Shown piece by piece: positions 25,044 through 32,000 of a stretch of 32,000 nucleotides of DNA; the stretch's first letter is position 1; every line of letters begins with the position of its first letter. Source of the stretch: Candidatus Saccharimonadota bacterium. Its GTDB lineage: Bacteria; Patescibacteriota; Saccharimonadia; Saccharimonadales; Saccharimonadaceae. The notes beneath the pieces are model-generated. The model had not been told where the DNA came from and ran no database searches. It saw only the letters and a list, made by a program, of their open reading frames with translations. The stretch is from positions 900,001 to 932,000 of the forward strand of contig CP060232.1 in the NCBI GenBank assembly GCA_023898645.1. Direction: 5' to 3'. Made by a program: the position numbers and the translations under genes.

Positions 25044-26223
25044 AACTTGGATACGTTTCGAGAGTTACGTTCAAACTTAACGTTTTGCCGTTTCGAAGCA
25101 CCGTAAGAGGAACGGTTTCACCACTACCATATTCTGATATAAGACTACCTAAGCTACCCTGTTGACCCACTTCAATGTCACCAACCTTCGTGATAATATC
25201 CTTATCTTTGATACCAGCCTTGTCCGCCGGGCTACCACTAATAACACTCGGACCGCTGTCTGAATTGACATATGCGCCCTTCTTCACTGACAAATTGTAA
25301 TGTTTTGCCACTTCTGGTGTGATAGTAATGTAGTTTACGCCCAGATAACCACGTTCGATTTTGCCCGTTTTCTCTAGATTTTTAATAATTCCCTTTGCTG
25401 AGTTAATGGGAATTGAAAATCCTATACTTTGAGCATTTTGTGCAACGGCAGTATTAACACCTACTACCTGACCGCTCAAATTTACAAGCGGCCCACCTGA
25501 ATTGCCGGGATTAATAGCAGCATCGGTTTGTATCAAATCAGTCAAATTCTCAACAGAACTACCGTCGCTAGCAGAAACTGGTCGCCCCGTTCCCGAAATA
25601 ATGCCACTCGTGACGGTATTTTGATACTGGCCAAGTGAATTACCGATGGCTACTACATTCTGTCCTATACGTACGGAGCTGGAATCACCTAGTGTTGCAG
25701 GCGTTAAATTACTTACACCATCCAATTTAATGAATGCAAGATCGTTTAACGGATCGGTTCCAACGACGTGCGCTTTGTCATATACGGTACCGTCACTTGT
25801 AATGACAGAAAGCTGATCACTACCGGAAATCACATGCTTGTTCGTAAGAATATAACCATCCTTACTGATGATAATACCGCTACCAGCACCCTCTTGGGTT
25901 TGAGTGCCGAGGTACGATTGCGTTACTCCCTTTGTAATAATAGAGACGACGCTCGGTCCGACCTTACTAGCAACCGCCGATATGTCTTTCTCATTCTTAC
26001 TGACAATCGCGTTACCATCTGACACCGTACTGCGGTCTAATGTACTAAAGCTATTGAACTGCGAGCCAACATAACCGCCGCCCAAACCGGCGGTGAAACA
26101 AGCTGCGAGCAAAAGTATTAAAGCAACACTTTGCTTACCAGCCCCAAATCCCTTCTTACGAGTAACTGCTTTATAACTCGTCACCGCTTCCTGTGATGAC
26201 TGTTTTTCGTTCTTAACTTCCAT
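25030..26223 (-). CDS. HtrA/DegP-family serine protease (S1C) with N-terminal TM anchor and one PDZ domain
   Basis: The catalytic triad contexts TNKHV, NDLAFIKL and GNSGGPLV are present, with a C-terminal PDZ domain (GYLGVNY...GSPADKAGIKDKDIITKVG). Confidence 0.9.
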   Translation of the reverse strand: MEVKNEKQSSQEAVTSYKAVTRKKGFGAGKQSVALILLLAACFTAGLGGGYVGSQFNSFSTLDRSTVSDGNAIVSKNEKDISAVASKVGPSVVSIITKGVTQSYLGTQTQEGAGSGIIISKDGYILTNKHVISGSDQLSVITSDGTVYDKAHVVGTDPLNDLAFIKLDGVSNLTPATLGDSSSVRIGQNVVAIGNSLGQYQNTVTSGIISGTGRPVSASDGSSVENLTDLIQTDAAINPGNSGGPLVNLSGQVVGVNTAVAQNAQSIGFSIPINSAKGIIKNLEKTGKIERGYLGVNYITITPEVAKHYNLSVKKGAYVNSDSGPSVISGSPADKAGIKDKDIITKVGDIEVGQQGSLGSLISEYGSGETVPLTVLRNGKTLSLNVTLETYPSSTND

Positions 26224-26257
26224 ATTCCCACTCTACCTTGATTAACTTATATTTCTC

Positions 26258-27055
26258 TTAAACGCTTCCGATTGCCGCATGGTTAAGACGAGTTAACAAC
26301 AGAGCTGCCAATAAAACCACCGTGAAAATAAGCGGTAGCATAATATCGTTACGTCTGATAGTTTCATGTTTTATGTACGAATGATACGCCCTCTCTACTA
26401 GAAAACTCAGTGCTGTCAAAAGTAGGGTTGCCTGAGGCACTTTAATTTGCGGTGCAAAGAATAGAGGGTACGCTATAGTCCAGTGATACACTAACCATCC
26501 TATCTCTGCAAAAACAAATCCCCAGAGCAAACTCAGAAAACGAATGTCGCTCTCTGAATGCGATACAAGCACGTGTCGTGCACACGAATAACCAATAAGC
26601 CACATAGCGATAACAACGACTGATGAGGGCCACTCGTAAGAAACACTTGCAAGTGCCATGGTACCGACAACAACTGCCACACCCGCCTGAATAGCGATAT
26701 CGTTCACCTTAGTGCGTGGCTTTAAGAAAAGAAGCCAAAGACTATAAAGTACAGCAAGGCTAATCTGTACAGTCAGTCCATTGCCATCTGTTGTCTGACC
26801 CGCAAGATATATCAATACGACCGTTCCCGCACTAACAATCATGTCTACCATATTTGCCTCAACATGCGCGAACCAATATCGCGGACGAACAGCAAGTACC
26901 CGCCATTTACTCAGCAATACCAGCGCAAGCGCCAGCCACGGCGTACCGGTAGCGAGAACAGATATTAACACCGCTACCGCAAGCCCAACATTCAAAAGGA
27001 TATATATCCCCTCACTCAAAAACGATCGTCGTCTGACTATTCGCAGGAATTCCAT
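26258..27055 (-). CDS. Hypothetical polytopic membrane protein (~8 TM)
   Basis: The 265-aa protein is almost entirely hydrophobic helices. It sits between the LCP and HtrA genes. I recognise no family. Confidence 0.6.
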   Translation of the reverse strand: MEFLRIVRRRSFLSEGIYILLNVGLAVAVLISVLATGTPWLALALVLLSKWRVLAVRPRYWFAHVEANMVDMIVSAGTVVLIYLAGQTTDGNGLTVQISLAVLYSLWLLFLKPRTKVNDIAIQAGVAVVVGTMALASVSYEWPSSVVVIAMWLIGYSCARHVLVSHSESDIRFLSLLWGFVFAEIGWLVYHWTIAYPLFFAPQIKVPQATLLLTALSFLVERAYHSYIKHETIRRNDIMLPLIFTVVLLAALLLTRLNHAAIGSV

Positions 27056-27065
27056 AAGTATTCTT

Positions 27066-27074
27066 AGTATAGCA
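27066..27074 (-). promoter_or_regulatory. Extended -10 for membrane protein gene 26258-27055
   Basis: On the minus strand, TGcTATACT then 10 nt to ATG 27055. Confidence 0.45.
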
Positions 27075-27078
27075 TGTA

Positions 27079-28764
27079 TCAGTTGGAAGACGCTGGCTGT
27101 TTGCCGACTATAAGTACGAATTTTGTTGTCGAGTCGACAGTAACAGGAGGATCGCCCTTGGTGATTTTAACACCGTAAAGTTGCTTAAGCTTATTGGCAG
27201 TAGCGCTATTACCCGAGCCGATTTGGTATAAGGCGTAACGCGGATAATTTCCACTCGGTGCATTGCCTATCGTACCAATCGTAAATTTGTCCGCTTCCAA
27301 TTTATCAGCCTCTGTCTGGGCCATACCAGCAACACCTGAGGCGTTATAAACAGAGACTACCGCCGCTTCTTGAATAATGGGGTCAGAGGATAATTTTTGA
27401 TGAACAAAGGATTGTAACTGACTGTAATCATAAGTGCCTGCCGACGGTTCAACGACACTTTGACCATCAACATTACCCGTCGTCATAATAAGGTCATTAG
27501 GATCATTGAGACTGATTGATTTAATGTCGCTACCCTTAATATCCTGCGCCAGCGAGACAAGTGTTCTAAATTCTTTTGCCTGGAATGTCGTGCGGAGGTT
27601 ATTACCGAGAGCGTCAATAATAGCCGATACCTTGCTGAAATCTGATAGCACGCCTGCGCTGAGAGCCTTTTGCTGAAGTGCAACGATAATTTTCCGCTGG
27701 TTATTTTCACGATCAAAGTTTGATTGAGCAAGCCCCCACGTTGGCGCCGCATCCCCACGTGCCTGCGCAAGATAAAGTACATGCTCAGCATCTAGAACTG
27801 CTGGTCCTGGGGGATAATCAATAAAGTGTCCACGCGGCGGGCAGCGCCTTAATCTTTCCGCGTAACTAACCCTCCAGTTACCCGCACCACACTTCCAGTC
27901 AAAATTACTATCCATGATGCTACCTGGCTTAACGCCGTATGGCACTGCGCCATCGCCTTCAATATTGACAGTAATCTTGCCCCCAACGGCCTTAACGAGT
28001 TCTCGCATGACCGTGTAATTAACATTAACGCCATATTGAATATTTAACCCGAATATTTTTCCTATGAAAGCACCCGCCTCTCCTAAGGCTTTCCTATCTG
28101 CTGCAACGCCGGTGCCATCATGAACACACGAATAATAGACGTTTATCTTACCCCGATAACCGGACGCACAAGCTCGATCATATTGCACATAGAGATCTCG
28201 CGGTATGCTTACCATGTAAGCGTTCTTTTTGTTTTGATTGATGCTCAAAATCATCATTGAGTCAGTTAAATTACCGCCTTGATGACCGGGATCGTCTTCG
28301 GACGTACCCAGTATCAAAATATTACTACGCCCATTCGCATCTTGTTTAAGTGGTTCGTTTCTAAAGAGATCTAAGACACTTCCCTGAAATACATTACCGC
28401 TCGCAACAATCGTCTTGAAGCCGACATAAGCACCTATGCCCACTGCCAGTATAAGCAGGACGAGTGCGAAGCGCTTAACCCACTTCACACGATTAGATTT
28501 TTGTGCCGGACCTACCTGCCGCCGGTGCCTCCGTTTAACCGGTTGCTGATTTTTCTCTTCTTCATCTAAACCTCGCAGAGAGGCGTCTATCTCCGCGCGA
28601 CTAATACCACTCCTGGTAATTTTCGAAGCCTCCTCCTTGTGAACAGACTCCTTCGGCTGCCCCTCAAGACTCTGAGGGCTTTTTTCGCCGCTAATAATAC
28701 CACCGACCCTTCGCTCAGGTCGGCGAGACACAAAACCATCCATTGATGTCTGACGTTTCGCCAT
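27079..28764 (-). CDS. LytR-CpsA-Psr (LCP) family cell-wall glycopolymer transferase with C-terminal LytR_C-like domain
   Basis: A ~95-aa cytoplasmic tail and one TM precede the core ILILGTSEDD...NLTDSMMILSINQNKKNAYMVSIPRDLYV. Length is 561 aa and the stop codon is TGA. Confidence 0.85.
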   Translation of the reverse strand: MAKRQTSMDGFVSRRPERRVGGIISGEKSPQSLEGQPKESVHKEEASKITRSGISRAEIDASLRGLDEEEKNQQPVKRRHRRQVGPAQKSNRVKWVKRFALVLLILAVGIGAYVGFKTIVASGNVFQGSVLDLFRNEPLKQDANGRSNILILGTSEDDPGHQGGNLTDSMMILSINQNKKNAYMVSIPRDLYVQYDRACASGYRGKINVYYSCVHDGTGVAADRKALGEAGAFIGKIFGLNIQYGVNVNYTVMRELVKAVGGKITVNIEGDGAVPYGVKPGSIMDSNFDWKCGAGNWRVSYAERLRRCPPRGHFIDYPPGPAVLDAEHVLYLAQARGDAAPTWGLAQSNFDRENNQRKIIVALQQKALSAGVLSDFSKVSAIIDALGNNLRTTFQAKEFRTLVSLAQDIKGSDIKSISLNDPNDLIMTTGNVDGQSVVEPSAGTYDYSQLQSFVHQKLSSDPIIQEAAVVSVYNASGVAGMAQTEADKLEADKFTIGTIGNAPSGNYPRYALYQIGSGNSATANKLKQLYGVKITKGDPPVTVDSTTKFVLIVGKQPASSN

Positions 28765-28772
28765 AAATACTT

Positions 28773-28781
28773 AGTTTATCA
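28773..28781 (-). promoter_or_regulatory. LCP gene extended -10, leaderless-type
   Basis: On the minus strand, TGaTAAACT then 8 nt to ATG 28764. Confidence 0.45.
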
Positions 28782-28839
28782 TACAAAACTTTGACGCTTA
28801 TGGATAGCTCTATGACTGGAGTATTCCAAAAAATTCATA

Positions 28840-28845
28840 TATAGT
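28840..28845 (+). promoter_or_regulatory. lepB -10 box, leaderless-type
   Basis: TATAGT then 8 nt (agataggc) to ATG 28854. Confidence 0.4.
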
Positions 28846-28853
28846 AGATAGGC

Positions 28854-29453
28854 ATGAACCAAACAATTAGTCAGAGACACCCCTGGATAAAAGACTTTTC
28901 TAGTCTATTATTTTTTGTTTTGGCCGTTATTCTAGGTACAATCCTCATCAACACCTTCGTTTTTCGTAGTTTTAACGTTGAAGGCCCTAGCATGGAAAAA
29001 ACTCTTTACACAGGCGACCGTCTGATTGTCGACCGCTTACCTGTCACATGGGCTCAACTGCAAAACAAGCAATATTCTCCAGAGCGTGGCCAAATAATCG
29101 TGTTTAAGAATCCTCAATACACTGCCGGCAATCCGGATGAATACATCGTAAAGCGTGTCATAGCTTTCGCAGGTGAACATGTCGTCCTAAAAGATGGCCA
29201 CTATACAGTATATAACTCCGCTCATCCAAACGGATTTAACCCTGACGACGCAAATCACGGCGAGCCTGGAAGTCCAACAAGCGGTAGCACGGATGTTATA
29301 GTCCCAGACGGTACCCTATTCGTCAGTGGTGACCATCGCCAGGGCAATTATTCGTTCGATTCAAGAAACGGACTCGGTTTCATACCCCTATACGACGTCA
29401 TCGGACCAGTTAGCGTACGAATTTTCCCATTCACCGCCGTTAGGACGTTTTAG
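28854..29453 (+). CDS. lepB: Signal peptidase I
   Basis: After an N-terminal TM come the catalytic Ser box GPSMEKTL, the Lys box KRVIAFAGEHV and GDHRQGNYSFDSR. Confidence 0.92.
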   Translation: MNQTISQRHPWIKDFSSLLFFVLAVILGTILINTFVFRSFNVEGPSMEKTLYTGDRLIVDRLPVTWAQLQNKQYSPERGQIIVFKNPQYTAGNPDEYIVKRVIAFAGEHVVLKDGHYTVYNSAHPNGFNPDDANHGEPGSPTSGSTDVIVPDGTLFVSGDHRQGNYSFDSRNGLGFIPLYDVIGPVSVRIFPFTAVRTF

Positions 29454-29463
29454 TCCAGCTGCT

Positions 29464-30342
29464 CTATCTGAGTAATTTTGTTATTCGATCAAAGTCGCCG
29501 TCATCTTTAAAAGCTATGACAATTTGCCCTGCGCCATGAGTGTTAGAACGTATTTGAACCTTCGTTGAAAAGCGTTTCGTCAGGCTTTCTATGGCTTCGT
29601 CGTGACCGTGCACAGTAACGTCATCAGGTTTGTCTGACTTTTTTGTCTTTTTTAAATCTACTACATATTGTTCAATCTTTCGAGCGCTCCACTCATCGCG
29701 CAAAATCTGTGGCAAAATTGCTTCTATAATTTCAGGGTCAGCATTAATAAGCGGACGCGCCTGGCCTTCAGTAAGGCTACCCTCTCGCAGGGCCTTCTTC
29801 ACACTTTCAGGCAAACGCAACAGACGTAACGTATTGCTAATTGCACTGACTGACTTTCCACCCACACGATGACCAATTTCATCTAACGACAAGTTAAACT
29901 GATCACGCAATTTTAAGTACGCCGTAGCCGTCTCAAGCACATTAAGATCTCGTCGCTGCAAATTCTCAATCAATGAGATCTCTAGCTTGTGCTGATTACT
30001 CATAGTCCGCACTATAGCGGGTACTGTCTCCAAGCCTGCGCGACCAGCGCCCCGAAAGCGTCGCTCTCCAGCAACGATCTCATACTTTCCGTCCTCAATC
30101 GGCATAACGACTATCGGCTGAATAATGCCATGTTCTTTAATCGACTGGGCCATTTCTTCTAATGCCTGCTCGTCAAATGTCCGACGAGGCTGGTCAGGAT
30201 CAGCTACGATATCTTCAAGCTTGATATCACGTAAGCGACTCAACTGACCATCTACCGCAGCCGTTGGGTCCAATGATTCATCTATCAAATCCGTAGGAAT
30301 AAGTGAGTCAAATCCCCTACCGAGACCCTTCTTCATAATCAT
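29464..30342 (-). CDS. parB: Chromosome partitioning protein ParB
   Basis: GLGRGFDSLIP, IQPIVV, the arginine patch IVAGERRFRGA and an HTH region are present. An ATGA overlap links it to parA. Confidence 0.93.
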   Translation of the reverse strand: MIMKKGLGRGFDSLIPTDLIDESLDPTAAVDGQLSRLRDIKLEDIVADPDQPRRTFDEQALEEMAQSIKEHGIIQPIVVMPIEDGKYEIVAGERRFRGAGRAGLETVPAIVRTMSNQHKLEISLIENLQRRDLNVLETATAYLKLRDQFNLSLDEIGHRVGGKSVSAISNTLRLLRLPESVKKALREGSLTEGQARPLINADPEIIEAILPQILRDEWSARKIEQYVVDLKKTKKSDKPDDVTVHGHDEAIESLTKRFSTKVQIRSNTHGAGQIVIAFKDDGDFDRITKLLR

Positions 30343-31127
30343 TGCCTCGCCTCCACGCGATCAATTACTTCCTTGGTGACAGCCTTATACGCCCTTGCGC
30401 CCTTGCTCCAACGATCGTATGCGCCAATGGGCACGCCATGGCTCGGCGCTTCGGCTAAACGAATATTTCGTGGAATCGTAGTGGTGAACACTTTGTCGGC
30501 AAAATGCTTTTTAATCTCTGCGTGTACTTGATTACTTAATGTTGTGCGTGAATCCATCATAGTCGGAAGCACTCCTAGTAGCTCCAGTCCGGGGTTCATA
30601 CCCTTTCGAACCAGTTTCATAGTCTCTAGAAGCTGTCCAAGGCCCTCTAGAGCGTAAAATTCCGCCTGCACCGGCAGCAATATGTACTTTGCCGCGATTA
30701 GTCCATTTACCGTAAGTAAGCTGAGACTTGGTGGATTGTCAACGATAATGTAATCGAACTGACCCGCAACAGTAGCGAGCGCAGTCTTCAGTCGTGTGAA
30801 CTTGTTTTGCGAACTAGCCAACTCCACTTCGACATTCGCTAGATGCGCGGTAGTAGGTGCAAGCGACAAATTTTTATGCTCGGTCTTCAGTATCGCTTGC
30901 TCAAGTGATGCATTTCCGAGCAATACTTCGCCCACCGTGACCTGTAAATTAATTTTATCTATTCCTAGTCCGCTAGTAGCGTTGCCTTGCGGGTCAAGAT
31001 CCACAAGTAGTACGCGGTTACCTGATTTTGCCAGGTAGTACGCAATATTCACAGAGCTCGTCGTCTTACCGACGCCGCCCTTCTGATTCGTAACCGCAAT
31101 AACAGTAGTGCTATACCCCTCGCTCAT
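30339..31127 (-). CDS. parA: Chromosome partitioning ATPase ParA/Soj
   Basis: It has the deviant Walker A NQKGGVGKTT, plus DLDPQGN and IIVDNPPS. Confidence 0.94.
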   Translation of the reverse strand: MSEGYSTTVIAVTNQKGGVGKTTSSVNIAYYLAKSGNRVLLVDLDPQGNATSGLGIDKINLQVTVGEVLLGNASLEQAILKTEHKNLSLAPTTAHLANVEVELASSQNKFTRLKTALATVAGQFDYIIVDNPPSLSLLTVNGLIAAKYILLPVQAEFYALEGLGQLLETMKLVRKGMNPGLELLGVLPTMMDSRTTLSNQVHAEIKKHFADKVFTTTIPRNIRLAEAPSHGVPIGAYDRWSKGARAYKAVTKEVIDRVEARQ

Positions 31128-31134
31128 TTGTTCC

Positions 31135-31143
31135 AGTATAGCA
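31135..31143 (-). promoter_or_regulatory. parA extended -10, leaderless-type
   Basis: On the minus strand, TGcTATACT then 7 nt (ggaacaa) to ATG 31127. It lies 11 nt after the rplU terminator. Confidence 0.5.
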
Positions 31144-31154
31144 TGTGCGTATAC

Positions 31155-31182
31155 AAAAATCCCCGCTTAAGCGGGGATTTTT
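31155..31182 (-). terminator. Intrinsic terminator downstream of rplU
   Basis: aaaaATCCCCGC-ttaa-GCGGGGATtttt forms an 8-bp stem extendable by A/T pairs. A U-run is present on the minus strand. Confidence 0.85.
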
Positions 31183-31186
31183 GATG

Positions 31187-31492
31187 TTATTTGATCGAAG
31201 TTACTTCGATTTTACTATACTTTTGGCGATGGCCCATTTCCTTGTGAACGCGCTTTTTCGCTTTGTAGCGGATTACACGGATCTTGTCGCCTTTAACTTC
31301 AGCTTCAATCACCTTCGCGCTTACCTTTACGCCCTTTACTAATGGCGTGCCCACTTCGGTCTTGTCACCGTCAATGGTTAGGAGTGCATCAAGTGTGAGC
31401 TCTTTAGTTCCATCCGGGAGGCGATCCACCAGGAGGGTCTCTTTTTCGGTGACAATATATTGCTTGCCGCCGACCTTGATTACTGCTTTCAT
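31187..31492 (-). CDS. rplU: 50S ribosomal protein L21
   Basis: MKAVIKVGGKQYIV...VIRYKAKKRVHKEMGHRQKY matches L21. An SD GAGGAA lies 5 nt upstream. Confidence 0.95.
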   Translation of the reverse strand: MKAVIKVGGKQYIVTEKETLLVDRLPDGTKELTLDALLTIDGDKTEVGTPLVKGVKVSAKVIEAEVKGDKIRVIRYKAKKRVHKEMGHRQKYSKIEVTSIK

Positions 31493-31529
31493 ACTGTTTC
31501 CTCGTATGTTAATTTATACAATCTAACCA

Positions 31530-31558
31530 ATTTTAACAGATAAGGCGCCTCTTTACAA
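31530..31558 (-). promoter_or_regulatory. rplU promoter
   Basis: On the minus strand, TTGTAA, a 17-nt spacer, then TAAAAT. A ~30-nt leader carries the SD GAGGAA. Confidence 0.4.
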
Positions 31559-31583
31559 GTAGGAGCTATAGTGCGTAGTTTTT

Positions 31584-32000
31584 CTATTGCCGATTCACAA
31601 TAAGCTGATTTGCGTGCAACCAACCATGTACATTACCACAGTCCAAATACTCACCCTGCGCCTTCACGACATTCACCACTCCCTTATCAAGCACGTATTG
31701 GCTTATGACCATAGTTAGGTAGTATTCACCCGATACGTCCAACCGGGAGTAATTATACGCCCTCGTCATGACTTCATAATTCAGCACATAATTGCCGTGG
31801 TTTATCTGATTGCTCGGCGCTTGATCTGGTCGTGGGTAGTCTACGATGCCGCTGAATCCACCGGTGTCTTCGTCAAAATCTATCACACCATAGCGACTAA
31901 CTTGATCCATGGGCACCTCGGATGACATCAAGCCCACACCGCCTTCTGGCGTATCGGCGAGCAGCCGGGCAAACTCCGAACTACCGTCAGGATTATGGCA
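31584..32000 (-). CDS. Sugar-nucleotidyltransferase, GalU (UTP-glucose-1-phosphate uridylyltransferase)-like, C-terminal part (5' end lies beyond the window)
   Basis: The frame stays open to the window edge, so the ORF-track GTG at 31937 is internal. The pattern YGVI...(V)DYPRPDQAPSN...G.YVL...GEYYLT...YLDCGN..GWL resembles the GalU C-terminal half. Confidence 0.5.
   Translation of the reverse strand, partial: CHNPDGSSEFARLLADTPEGGVGLMSSEVPMDQVSRYGVIDFDEDTGGFSGIVDYPRPDQAPSNQINHGNYVLNYEVMTRAYNYSRLDVSGEYYLTMVISQYVLDKGVVNVVKAQGEYLDCGNVHGWLHANQLIVNRQ

Noticed and set aside
29454-31186. A parS centromere site near parAB.
   Set aside because: I checked every CACGTG core in the window (around 2206, 3716, 14586, 17895, 26570 and 27756). 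None has the flanking TGTTxCAC/GTGxAACA arms, so no parS is called.
1-32000. CRISPR arrays, IS elements or transposases, integrases, prophage genes and toxin-antitoxin or defence systems.
   Set aside because: No spaced direct-repeat arrays, no terminal inverted repeats flanking an ORF and no recombinase or nuclease-like ORFs were seen. All large ORFs are accounted for by housekeeping or orphan genes.
1-32000. An alternative genetic code with UGA as a sense codon, as in some CPR lineages.
   Set aside because: RF2 is present and TGA terminates the LCP gene at a sensible C-terminus. All conserved genes are intact ORFs under the standard code.

Overview
This is a dense, almost entirely housekeeping window. 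I count 35 protein genes (2 cut by the window edges) and one tRNA-Pro. I saw no rRNA, CRISPR array or recognisable mobile element or defence island.

Gene content covers several core functions:
- Translation: RF2, RF1, PrmC, SerRS, LysRS, ProRS, HPF, RRF, EF-Ts, S2, L31, L21 and GreA.
- Secretion and envelope: SecA, signal peptidase I, MurI/MurD, an LCP protein, HtrA, RseP, a CPBP protease and a MacB/FtsX-type ABC pair.
- Chromosome partition: ParAB.

Three traits suggest a reduced-genome, Gram-positive-type bacterium. Intergenic spacers are tiny. Core proteins are shortened (ProRS 415 aa, EF-Ts 198 aa, MurI 221 aa). A Firmicute-like rpsB-tsf-frr-rseP-proS backbone lacks pyrH/uppS/cdsA/dxr. 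A Patescibacteria/CPR (Saccharibacteria-like) origin is plausible, but that is inference; I could not run a search. The genetic code is standard, since both RF1 and RF2 are present and TGA is used as a stop.

I did not find a clear-cut novel multi-gene system. The observations most worth a second look are:
1. A recurrent -10 box (often TGn-extended) lies 6-10 nt upstream of conserved start codons with no Shine-Dalgarno. This implies widespread leaderless mRNAs, while internal and some other genes keep strong SDs.
2. A perfect sigma70-type promoter is followed by a 9-nt tandem repeat and an intrinsic-terminator hairpin upstream of an orphan gene. It is a candidate ~130-nt sRNA or attenuator.
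3. Nested perfect inverted repeats wrap the promoter of an orphan two-gene operon encoding acidic proteins.
4. A 336-bp non-coding gap upstream of secA is unusually long for this window.

All coordinates were derived by hand from the sequence.
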